64,000 bases of DNA from Trichosphaerium sp. ATCC 40318. Its lineage: Eukaryota > Protista > Tubulinea. The notes beneath the pieces are model-generated. The model had not been told where the DNA came from and made no database searches. It was given only the letters and a program-made list of their open reading frames with translations. The number at the start of each line of letters is the position of its first letter. The first letter of the stretch is position 1. The stretch lies in the NCBI GenBank assembly GCA_038496445.1, contig JALMLS010000195.1, forward strand, positions 90,706 through 154,705, written 5' to 3'. Below are positions 27,280-38,964 of this stretch, one piece after another. The translations under genes and the position numbers were made by a program.

Positions 27280-28063
27280 CCATCATAAATAAACAATATG
27301 AAATACAAGATGCTTTAGTTATGTTTAGTATCACACAAAAGGAAACAAGTAAGCCCGTACCATATTTTTAAACACTATAAAATAAATACTATACTTGAGT
27401 CATAGCCATCACGCTTGTGGCTCATGTGTAAGAACTAAAACTATTTTGGAAAAATATATTCAATCACTGGCAAGTCTCAAATTATCCGCCTACGGTTCCC
27501 ATTCTTATGAACAACAAAAGAAATGCATTGTTATAAACAAAGTCACATTGAGGAGATGGATTGGTTAGCGTTTTATGAGGCAATAGGAGCGCCACCTGTA
27601 GACTAGTTCGACATATGTCAAGTGTGAATGTGTCGCTTAGTCTACCAACCCATAGTTGTACCGCTCTAGTCTTTGATACACTTTGGATCGCTATTGACTC
27701 ATTCTACCTCTATCCTTTCAAGTCCTACAGCTTGTGGGCATCCAAAAATGAGTCCCTGACTCCACAATCAGAATCAGAAGTGTTGGAATTATTTACCGTT
27801 GTACGTACTTCGTCTATAATTTCGTATGCAACTAGAAATTCACTCTGAAGTCCTCAGGGTTTGACCCGAAATAGAGCTATTTTTTAGCACTAAGCCTGAG
27901 TTTGCAGAATGGTTTGTGAATATAGGTAGACCTAGTGCAACTCTGCAAGCTATCGTGCATCCCTATGGAGTACTGTACCAGATCAGCATAAGCGTAGAAA
28001 GTCAAGTGCATATAGCGTTATTTCTTAAATCCCTAATTGAAGGCTAAACTATTCTTGATGAGT

Positions 28064-28198
28064 TTGTTTGTTTGGTTTATTTGACTTAAGCATTGCTTAA
28101 ATACAGGCGCAGGCCGCGAGTATTTTTGGGCTTTTCCCGTTCCGCGTTACATTATATAGTACAACACAGGTTCTCCATCTAACCTGGACTGCCCCTAT
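28064..28198 (-). mobile_element. Putative short retroposed insertion (SINE or 5'-truncated LINE) flanked by a 14-bp target-site duplication
   Basis: TATTCTTGATGAGT occurs at 28050-28063 and 28199-28212. The insert ends on the minus strand in a hairpin plus AATAAACCAAACAAACAA. Confidence 0.55.
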
Positions 28199-28268
28199 TA
28201 TTCTTGATGAGTATCACGTGGTGGCAGTCAACTTTTTCATTTTGATCATTTTCAGTCCTCCAAACGTC

Positions 28269-30201
28269 ATGAAAGCAGTTATAGAATCAATATCAGAGAA
28301 CAAGTACATTCATTGGTACAGTAAAAGTGCGAGTTGATTAATTTAATAAACATTTGCTCAAGGTTCCTTGCTGAGATGTTAGGCACATTTGTTATCGTGT
28401 TTATTGGTATTGGCAGCGTAAGTTGTTCTACATGACAAGAAATGGCGCTATTTTTGTTTAGTAGGCTCACTTTACTTCTCAACGCCACTACAAAGAGTAA
28501 TAGATGAGCACGTGATAATTAATCACTCAAGCGCTAAAAGAAATGGCGTCTCTTCTGTCAATCCTATTTTTTAAGGTTTTATAGCGTATTTATAACTCTA
28601 GGTTACTGTAGATGTAACAATGAGCACTTATCAAGGCAAGAAAATACAACTTAGTGGTTAAAGTAAATTTCTATTTTAGGGTTATGGCAGGTACGCCTTA
28701 CTGGTTGTATTTTGAACGGTACCCCAATATAATAAGTAGATTGCTTCAATTTGGGGATTTGGCATTACTCTTGCAATTTTTGTTTCGGACAGTGTCTCAG
28801 GTGAGGAAAAAAAAAACCAGAATACTTTGATGTTCTAAGTGTATGCTTTTAAGGGGCCCACGTAAGTTAAGGTCAACTCAAAACATGTATGAGCTTAATT
28901 TTGGTGTAATAGTTAAATCCTGCTGTTACTATCGCATTTTATTTGTATCGTAAAAAAGAAATGAAGTTAACTTGGCACGTCACTTTCAAAACTCGCTTGC
29001 AACTTTTTTTTTTGTCTTATATTTTTAAAGGTACAAAGTACTGTTATACATTGCAGCTCAGTTTGTTGGTGCATTCATAGCTGGTGTTACAATATACGGT
29101 ACTTTGAGGTTGTCAAGTACTAGAGCTTAATCATAATGTTACTAGGTTGTTTCCGTAGATTTTTACAAAATTTTGAGAAACAACAAGGACTTGTACGTGG
29201 TCAACCAGGTACCTCAATGCGCTTTTATTATGCTAGATATACGCTAAAATAAATCTATTTCAGGAAGTCAAATATCAGCAATGTGTTTTGGGTGTTATGT
29301 ACGTAAACAACAAATTTTTGTCAAGTGAGGTTTTTACATTTAGAAATAGTTCCCGAATCCTGGTATTTTTGGTGTCAAACGTGCGTATTGAGATGTATTC
29401 TATAGGCTATAGCGTATTGTATAAATATTTATTTAGATAATTTCTTGATAAACTCAATTGAGGCTTTTGCAATTGAAGCTCTGGGAACAGGTTTTCTGGT
29501 ACTTGTCATTTTTACACTTACAGATAAACGCAATAAAACACTTCCCAAAACTGCAAAAGGTATGCCAAGTGCATTAACAATTTCTCGCTATAATCGAACA
29601 CATAATAGCACTAGCACCATTCTTCATCGGATTCACAGTATCTGTCTTGATCAGGTATGTTAATTTATTATGATGAAAAACTATAAGGGAAGAATAAAAT
29701 AAGAACTAATGTTTGGGCAGTTTGTTTGCTCCTTTGACTCAAGCAAGTTATAATCCCGCACGTGATTTTGGTCCAAGACTTGTTGCGTTGATTGGTATGT
29801 TGAAGTTAGCCATAATTAGGCATTCAAGGCATACAATAGCTAACTTCTATACAGCTGGTTGGGGTAAAATTGCTATTCCAGGACCTCGTAATGGCTTCTG
29901 GTTGTACCTCATTGGTACTTTGTTTCTTTTTTATTCAACTAGTTAATTGTATGTGTAGCTCCTTTTTTAGGGTCTGTCATAGCAGGTGCCATGTACGAGT
30001 TTGTATTCGGGTATGTTTCTCATTTCCTATGATATTTTGCTTTGTTGGAAAACACCATACTTACATGTTGTGTTAAGGCTGTCCTTCAGAGTCAAGAAGA
30101 CAAAAGACAGTGATGATTGTCATATGCTTATAACTCCTCAGGGAGATATAACATGTACGACTGAATCTAACAATAACGGAATCAGCGATAGCGATTTGTA
30201 A
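28269..30201 (+). CDS. Aquaglyceroporin (MIP), copy 2 (tandem duplicate)
   Basis: Near-identical to 25344-27279, including introns; the C-terminal tail has diverged. Confidence 0.95.
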
Positions 30202-30394
30202 CTCATAAATAAACCAAAATGCAATCAGGCTGCTTTTTAGTATCACATAAAAGGAACGAAAACAAGTACGTCCTTTATAGTAAACCACGTTGTCAAATCG
30301 ATGCTACAGTTTACTCATTAAGTCATCACGCATTGTGGAAGGTTAAACAGAACCAAACGGATTTTTGGTTAATGTACAATTTTATTAATTTTAT

Positions 30395-31108
30395 TCAACT
30401 TTCGTCAAGGAGAACCTTTTTTCTTTTTCCTTTCTTATAAATACACTGTAAAATAAGGTATCCGTCATCATCCCACTCTTTATACTCACCATGCCTTTTA
30501 CCTTTTCTATTATAATAGCACTCCGTAGTGAGTACACCATTAATGTTCCACTCTTTGTACAAACCGACTACTTTGCCGTCCTGATAAACACATTTAGACC
30601 TTATCTGTCCGTTATTGTGCCACCATTTATACTCTCCGTGGACGTTACCATCCTTTATAAACCAGTCTAAACAGAGTTCTCCATTGTTATAATACCGTTT
30701 CTGCTCTCTATCTCTCTTTCCGTACTTGTAGAAGCAAGAAATATGAGGAATACCGTTCGGATACCATTCCGAATACTTGCCGTGCTTCTCATCGTTTGCG
30801 TATGTACACTTTACCCTGTGTTTCCCGTTTCTATGCCATTCTTGGTGCGTGCCGCATAGTTTATCTTGTATATAGTGACTTTTTGTGCTTAATTGTCCGT
30901 TTGGATGCCATTCTATGTATTCACCGTGCCGCTTACCGGTTTTCCAGTATTGTTGTTGAATTACCCTTCCTTTACTTTTTTTCTTCCAAACTCCAGTGTT
31001 TTTTAGTTTAGCATCAAATCTCGTACTCGTAGCCGCTTTACGCGATAATAGAGGCCACAAACAATAAACTTGGTGGTTTAAATCCATTATATCAAGTTGT
31101 AACTCCAT
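30395..31108 (-). CDS. Intronless MORN-variant (YwqK-like) repeat protein
   Basis: Repeated GKRHGEYxEWxxNG units after an F-box-like leader (LPMELQLDIMDL). First in-frame ATG is near 31108. Confidence 0.85.
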   Translation of the reverse strand: MELQLDIMDLNHQVYCLWPLLSRKAATSTRFDAKLKNTGVWKKKSKGRVIQQQYWKTGKRHGEYIEWHPNGQLSTKSHYIQDKLCGTHQEWHRNGKHRVKCTYANDEKHGKYSEWYPNGIPHISCFYKYGKRDREQKRYYNNGELCLDWFIKDGNVHGEYKWWHNNGQIRSKCVYQDGKVVGLYKEWNINGVLTTECYYNRKGKRHGEYKEWDDDGYLILQCIYKKGKRKKVLLDES

Positions 31109-33165
31109 GGGTAGGTCCAATATATTGATTGGATGCGCGGAACGCAGAAAAGACTACAATGATGAGTTTGTAAAAATAGAGGTTACAAAACGTTTTCGCG
31201 CTCTACCACTGGCGGGCTTTGTGTTTTAACAGAACGTAAATGTATATAGAGATATCGTACCATGATTGTAGGTTCTTGTGATGCAGTTCCTTCAATGTTC
31301 AGAAAATAGTAAAAAAGAAACTTCACTAAAACTCCGTTTACCATTTTGGAATGCTCGCTCAAACGAAACGCTAAAGTTCGAAAACTACACCAGCTTCAAT
31401 TGGACAGGTATTTGAGTCGTCTTATATGAGAGAACCGATAGAAATAATGGAAACAGAAAATAAAGACGGTCACATTTGAAGGCTTCCAGAAAATAGTGTA
31501 TTTTTACACCAGTTTAGTATCCAAGTAATTCAACTTTGTAACTATACTATTTTGGTTGTACATACCTGTTTTGCAGGCGTCACACTCACCTACAAGAAGT
31601 TTGTCACTGCAGATACCTCAGAATACTATTAGCTATTTACCTATGATTTGTACAACAAGTTGCTATTCGCTGATAACCTTTGGTTTGTAAACTGAGTTTA
31701 ATAAGGCAATTCCAGAATTAGAATCACGTTTATTGTTACAGTCATGATTGCAATGCATACCTTGTAAAATCCGTAATACTTTTGACACTTTCTTGATCGT
31801 ACCCAATGACTCAACATCTTTGGTTGGGTTTCATATTGTCGTAAGAAAAGCACAAAAGAAGCTCATGGAAACTTCAGACTATATTAACAAGGCACCCATA
31901 TACTGTTGTGCTTAGTGATTCTAACCAAAAAATATGGTATGTTTTCTAAATACTAGGTATTAAAGCTAAGGTTCCATGCTGTTGTTATTGATGGTACTTT
32001 CAATATAGACGAAGTTGACATTTTGCGAATTTATTTCTTCCCTCCTGAACCGCAAGTTGCACCAATGTTTCATTGATTAACCTCACCAAAAGAAAAGTGC
32101 TGCAACACAAAGTGTCAGTACATTTTTATCAACACGTTTCAACCTTTGCTATTCTGTGTAGAGCAACAAAGACTCTTGTTCCTGATAGGTACAGTCAAAA
32201 TGGTTAGGCGTAGTAAGCCTGATTCGCCATTTACAACAGATGGCGGCTTGTACCGCTTTGCTGGCAAAAAAGCCAAAAACTGATTTAGTTTTGTGTCTCG
32301 GCCAACGCTCCTAAAACGCGTACAAATAGTCGAACTTGGCTCTCTACGCCCGCAAAGGCAGTATGCAAGCGGAAACGTGTAAGTGTAAGTCAACATTAGC
32401 AAACAAACTTAAACACTATCACAACCCACTAGCCCGTAGAAACACAACCTCAGTACGCTTCCCTACCATTCTAAACAAAAACCAAAAAACACAGTTTAAA
32501 AATACCTTTTTGAAACTAAAAGCTGTTTAAAACCTCATGGTGCCCACTGTGGTGTAATATTACTAATACCACAATTTTTTCCCAACGCGAATAAGAAATT
32601 CAAAAGCTCGATGATGTATAGTACTACTGCAGGATCGGAAACTGTTTGTCAGGGCTACGGCTCAGTCCAGGCTGAACACTATGCCATCAATGAAAGTTAA
32701 CTATTCGGTGGCTACATGGTGGCGTGGGTGCCTTTGCAAAGGGACTAAGGTTTGAGATATTGGTTTACGGAATTCCATCCTACATTTACTATTTTTTATG
32801 GTTAGATGAGCAGGCTTGGAAGAATGATACACTTAAATTCAGCAGGCTATTTTTCAAGACAAGATAGAACCAACAGAAAATAGTGAAAGTTGGTTGTATC
32901 CGTTTAGGTTTTATTCTCACTTTTGAAGTGCGAGCTCTTTACACTTACGTCTTTTAATTCCTAGTTGGAGTCTATTACTCACTGAACATTTTACAACCAA
33001 AGCTTAATCGCCATTTTAAATAGAATGTTGCATGTACACATTCTTTACATTATTCGTCCCTTGAGGACAATTACCAAACCGGGAAAAGTGAGTTCATTCA
33101 ACTGATTTTTTTAAGGTTAAGTTTTTTGACGAAAAACTCGACATCCCAATTATTCAACTGAAGCA

Positions 33166-34682
33166 ATGTTACGCGCCTACACACAAGCGTACGTATATGT
33201 TGGCATTATGGTGCATATAATGGCTCCATTAGAACACGGTCTGTATCTGTCAGAACAAACGTTCGGAAAACAGCTCCTAAACGCTGTTACTCGTTGAATA
33301 CTAGCCGCTCAGTCGATATCTATCAATATCCTCCTTCTAAACCCAATACCATTCTCAATATTGTGCCTCAAGGGTACAATATGGTGGTAGAGCGCATGGG
33401 AAAGTTCCTAGCTGTTCAACCGTCAGGTATTAAGACGTTTAGCAAAACAAAAAAGCGTTATTTTTAACGCAACGCTAGGATGGTTCTTAGCAATCCCTTT
33501 TATCGATAAAGTTGCATACGTACACGATATGAGAGAAATGGTACAATAAAATACAAACTATGCAACCATGCGCATCTAAACTCATCAGGCAATATTCATC
33601 GAACCTCAATTCGCAGTTACAAGGGATAACGTCAGGTTAGAACTCACTCAATGGTTTTTTTGTAACAAATCAAAAACTGACCAATTTATTATTACAGTGT
33701 TCACCTCTCAGGAAATCTATACGTGCAGATCGAAGATGCACATGACGCTAGCTACAAAGTTCGTCGTGTATTGTATTCTATAACAATGATGGCTCAGGCG
33801 CTTATGCGTACAGAATGTGGTAAAGTACGACTTAAAAATTTTCTAACAAGTTTTTTTTTTTGTTTTGAACTCATTTTTTTCTTCGTGTAGCTTGAACTCG
33901 ATGAACTCTTCCACAACAGAAAGACTCTTAACTCAAACTTATTGGATGGTATGAAAGATGCTTGTACGAAATGGAGGTGTAATGTATTACGTTATGAAGT
34001 CACCGATATAAAACCTGACCCAATGGTGAGTTCATAGTTGTGCACGTTTTTTTGTTTGGACTCTTTTCCTGACTTGTAGTTGTGTAGATCGCTAAGGCTA
34101 TGGACAGACAAGCTGCAGCAGAACGTAACAGAAGGGAACAGGTTCTAGAGGCTACTGCAAAGAAACAAGGAATGGTAAGTTTTCTGAAGACATTTATGAA
34201 AGTTTTAAGAAAGATGTTAGGTTGAAGTGTCTGAAGGTCAAAGACAAAAAGATATTAACGAATCTGAAGGTATGAAGATTCGTATCTTGAATGAAACATC
34301 CGCAAAAGCAACAACAATACGAGAGCTTGCACAAGCGCAAGCAGATGCAACAAAAATGAAGGCTAGCGCTCAAGTACGTCCAAGAAGTCGAAAATCCATT
34401 TTTTTTCCCTTTAAACTCACTGTTTCTCAAAAGGCTGAAGCTCTCGCCATTGTTGGTAAATCTCTTGCCAACGAGGAAGGAAAGAATGCCTTGAAGGCTA
34501 ACTTGTCATCTGAGTACTTTAAGAGCTTTGAAAAGATTGTACAATCCTCAAACACAGTTGTACTACCTCAAGATGTTGGCTCTGTAGATTCAGTTATTGG
34601 ACGTGCTGTAACTCTTATGGGTGGCTTAGCAGGAGGAAAAGATTCAACCTCTAAAAAAGATGAGTCAACTGATACACAATAA
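33166..34682 (+). CDS. STOML2: Stomatin-like protein 2, copy B
   Basis: Same spliced SPFH motifs as copy A, with an intact frame. Confidence 0.9.
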
Positions 34683-34922
34683 CCAATGAACACAAACATT
34701 GGAATGATATTCAGATTCTGTATGAACATTTTCCGGCTTTGTATCAGCTGAACTACAAACGCCGACTGTAACAAAAAAAAAGGCACGTTAACTGAAAGAC
34801 AATAAATATGTTTTGAAAGGACGACATAAAAAACTGAAGTTGTTATCGGCTGATGCATCAAATTATTGACTTTTTTTGGGTCTAGTTCTACAATTACAGC
34901 GTTTATTTGGGGTTTTTTACAA

Positions 34923-35893
34923 TTAGATGTGCCCTTGTGTAGGCATGAGGTTCATATTAGAAAGTGTAGAATCCATTTCTCCATCAAGCCTCTCTAACTC
35001 ATTCTTGGCTTCAGAAATCTTCAATTTCACCAACTCGATATCTGCTGGTAACCCATGATATTTACCAACCTTTTCTCGTAATGGCGCTAACTCTTCTTCA
35101 CATTGCTTAATTTTAGCAGCTTGTAGACTCAAAGATGAGTGAAAAACGCCTTTAGAAACTTTACTCTCGCTCAACTTTTTCTTTTGATTGCCAATCGCAA
35201 TATCATACTCCTGAGCCTTACTTGCAAGATACTGAAGCGTTTTTTCTAATTTTTGACGTTGTCTGATGGTGTCAGGTACGCTAGTGGCAATTTGTTTGTT
35301 GTGTCTAAAAAAGAGTAGGTAAGTGACATTTACGCTCATACTGTCTACAACGCACCCTACGAGCTTCTTTTGCATGGCCTTGTACTGCCTGGCGCTACCT
35401 TTTGCTTGGTACAATTCATCTTCTAAATCTTCTATTTCGCTCTACAACAACACTCAATGCTGATTATGGTATCCACGTACCTCTAAATCGTCTTTTCGCA
35501 TGTACATGTCAGTGAGCGCGGAAACATAAGCAGAAGACGACACGTCGTGGAGGTCCAATAGCATCGCCAGCTCTACTAAACCATCTGATACATTGTCATT
35601 GTGATTAACGCCAACGGTGTTCAATACAAGTTCCAGTTTATCCGCTAATACACAATTACGCTTGTTTATACACTCACCATACCGTTTTGCTTGTATTCAG
35701 CGATTTTAGCTTCTAGTTGTTCTTTTTCTTCTGAAAGCTCTTTAAATTGCCGTTTGGCGTCAATGGCAGTTTTATAGAGTCGGTTGATGTTACTATCATT
35801 CACTTTTAAATTTGGCGGGGTTTCAGTGCCATAGGTATCTTTTAACCAAGAGAGAACTACAGCGTATTTGCTTGAAGAGGTTTGCTGGCTCAT
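34923..35893 (-). CDS. HAUS1: HAUS augmin-like complex subunit 1
   Basis: N-terminal WLKDTYG..PPNLKVN and C-terminal HSSL…LAPLREKVGKYHGLPADIELVKLKISEAKNELERL match recalled HAUS1 features; coiled coil. Confidence 0.8.
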
Positions 35894-36065
35894 GGAGATT
35901 GGTCCCGGTTACGTGAAAGCCTGTTTTTTTTACAAAATTTCTGTTTACGTGACATTTTGACTTTGTTCTGAAATTTTTATCCGAAACAATTTCTGCATGA
36001 AAAAAAACTTTGTTCTCAACCTTTCACATCTACAACACAACTCTTGCCCAGAGCTCACCATAGCA

Positions 36066-36278
36066 ATGACGACCACAGCAACACCAGTGAATCTCGTAGT
36101 ACCATTGGCTCAACCAAACGAATCGCCTACACAGCTCTTGAAAAAACGATTCGCCGAAGCGTCTACTGTATGGAGTTCATGCGCACACAGTGGTTTCAAG
36201 CTCAGTGATGCTTATTTGTGGGGTAATCCGCTTGATGATATGGTAGATGAAGAAGAAGAGGGCGATTCGCTCCGCTAG
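36066..36278 (+). CDS. Possible small acidic protein
   Basis: Intronless ORF from ATG 36066, divergent from HAUS1, with coding-like composition and no recognised domain. Confidence 0.35.
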   Translation: MTTTATPVNLVVPLAQPNESPTQLLKKRFAEASTVWSSCAHSGFKLSDAYLWGNPLDDMVDEEEEGDSLR

Positions 36279-37335
36279 ACGGCGGGTAAAACGTTTTCGG
36301 AATTTCAGCATTAGCGAAACTAAAGCAAGTAATCGCTTGTTGAATGTTGTACATTAAAAATAGCTTTGCAAAATCGTCTGCAAGACATTTTTAATTCTAT
36401 CTAGCAAGGTACGGGTTCATTTCCTCAATTCTTCCTACTCGAATGTTTTTTGTAACCTGCAATTCCACTTACAACGTTCGTGGCTCTTTAGCTACTGAGC
36501 AAAGACTTGGGTACTTTTAGTGCACAGATAACAATGGGTTTAGAGCTATGGGGTTTTAAAACAATGGAGTTACTCAAACACTACACTGCGGAGTTGACGC
36601 GTTAAATTGCGTTTCTCACAACGCCACATTTATTTACCCGCCTCACACAATACCCCCTTTGTTCTTTTGTTGATAGTATACTTGTTGCAATAGAATCTAG
36701 CCGAGTCAGTTTTAGCGAAAAGTTTGCAGTAGCGAAAAAGTTATTTGAGGCGTAAAGTGCAGTTTAAAATAATACCTACACGCAGGTTCTTACACAGCAA
36801 ACTCCCGCCCTTTTTCTCTTCCCTGTCTAACGCTTCGCTAAACACTTCTCTTGGTGTCTATTACCCTATGTTAACAATGGAATGATGTCACAACAAAAGA
36901 TCAAGTTTTTTATGGTGCGATGCCCCGATAAAATTTTGGTACAGGTAAGTTGGTAGCGCTATGTACTTGCGATTGGCGCTAGTATTTGGTACACAAAAGC
37001 CATAGGTACTTGCGTTGAGGTGATATCTTCATTGTTACAGCGTCCAAAATGTAATAGACGCTAGTAAAAACAAAATAATAAAAAATGCTTATCAAAAACT
37101 TTCTCGTTCATTTTAGCATTTTGAAATGAAAAATTTTGGTTTGACACGTGACACTTAATTTTTTTTTTTGTTTGTGAACAGTTGCAAATACAAACAGAAC
37201 GTAAATTAACAATGAATATTGTGTAGAGTTATTTTTGATTTACATACAGTATTGTTTTGTTGCAATTTCAGAGGTTTTCGCACCTTTGAGCTTATTTCGT
37301 CGTTTTCTTTTTTTTATCGCGTTGTGAGTGTCTAT

Positions 37336-37651
37336 TTACCATAAACTGGCTCCACCAGACTCTATGCACTCCATTTCTTCATCAGTGAGCTGAGGTCGTA
37401 GAAGATGTAGCGTGGATACGTCGCTGCTTTCTATGACGCTGTTTAGATGCGATTACAACGTGTTTGAAGTACCTGGCTTTGGAGTTACTTTCTTTACGCT
37501 TTGAGTTGGCTGGCGTTGTTTTATATTCATCATACCGACTATTGCGCCGTTAAACGAATAATTACGTTTTACTGCGAGTTAGCGTACTTGGATTTCTTGT
37601 AGGAAACCGTATTGAAGGAGCGCGTCGTGTAGCGCGAATAAGAGAGGCCAT
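37336..37651 (-). CDS. KGD4: 2-oxoglutarate dehydrogenase adaptor subunit Kgd4/MRPS36
   Basis: N-terminal RRAPSIRFPTR and C-terminal LRPQLTDEEMECIESGGA signatures. Absent from the ORF track because it is split by introns; the middle junctions are ambiguous. Confidence 0.75.
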
Positions 37652-38499
37652 TCGAGTTGGCTGTTTTTTTTATGTTGAGTTAAGTGATTTCGCTCCTTAG
37701 CAAAAGAGAAAACGTTCTGCACCAATGGCAACGAAACCAACTGACTGCGTACGGTTACTGTTAGCGTTATTTTGCGTTATTGTTTTTTGTAGGACATTGT
37801 TTATCACTTGAGCACAAGCGCAACTGCTTGGGAAACCGCCAAGGCTAATGGAAAGTACGAGGAGAGCATGGAAGATGTACAGTTTCTTACAATTCAAAAC
37901 GTGATCTTTACGCGCTCTTAGGGCTTTATTCACCTTAGCACTGGTTCTCAGATAGCTGGGACGCTTGGAGCGTTTTTCAAAGACGCAAAAAATGTTACAA
38001 TTTGCGAAATGAAAACTGATGCTATCACTTCAGAGGTGAAATGGGAGGAGGTAAATTAGAAAGGAAAAAACAAACACATTTTTTGACACCTCTGTTACGA
38101 AGTTTCTTAATTTTTCTTTATTCAGGGAAAACCAGGAGTGCTATTCCCACACGCTTATGGACCTATTAATATGTCTTCTGTAACAAAGATTTATAGTCTT
38201 GCTGATGAAAGGGATGATTCTAAATGGCGTGAATACTTGACAGAATTGAAATAAAACAAGATCTCTCCTAGCTATTGTTTTTGCTAGTGTTATTTTAAAG
38301 CATAATCGTTTCTTTGCCGTCTTCTGTACATGAACGTTTGCCACTCTGATCACGTGACAAAAATCGTGTTATTTATTAACTAAACACTTGATTGCTAATT
38401 TGAAAACCTACAACAACATTGCCATGGATAGAAAGGTCATTGAAGTCGAGTCACTAAGTAAACTAACTTTTTCTTGCCACCTAGTAATTTTTCCTTGCT

Positions 38500-38850
38500 T
38501 TAATTCAAAACTCATGTGTTGTAATTGTAATACCATATTTTTCTTTCCGTATGTATGCCATGTACAACGACAGCATAATCGTACAATTGGCCATTTTTGC
38601 CTCACCATGTTCTCCATCTTTTTTACCATCACGGTAATTACATTGTTGCTGTCCATTGTCGTACCAATACTTTGTTTCTCTTTCGTACTTGTTATCGATA
38701 TAATTGCAGTGCTGTAATTGGCCATTGCTATGCCACAGCTTTTGTTCTCTTTATTTATGTATTTGTTTGATTATATTACCAAGTCTAGCTTACATGTTCC
38801 TGCCCTTGCGCCATTGGTGTAGTAGAGTTTTACAATAATTCACCTTTACA
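38500..38850 (-). pseudogene. Degraded MORN-variant repeat gene
   Basis: EQKLWHSNGQLQHCNYIDNKYERETKYWYDNGQQQCNYRDGKKDGE, with neighbouring units in other frames and containing stops. Confidence 0.65.
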
Positions 38851-38964
38851 ACTGACTGGATTTCCGTAAATGGCTATGACAACAGAAAAAAAATCTCGCA
38901 TTTTTGTCGATACTTAAACTGCTCATTAGTTCTTGTACAGTCTATTGTATTTATTGTAAACAGG

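Noticed and set aside
27430-28040. Spacer between the aquaporin copies as a transposon body
   Set aside because: No terminal repeats or transposase/RT motifs were recognised; only short interrupted frames.
31260-33030. Exon-like fragments upstream of stomatin copy B
   Set aside because: No consistent spliced frame or recognisable domain could be built; possibly a decayed gene.
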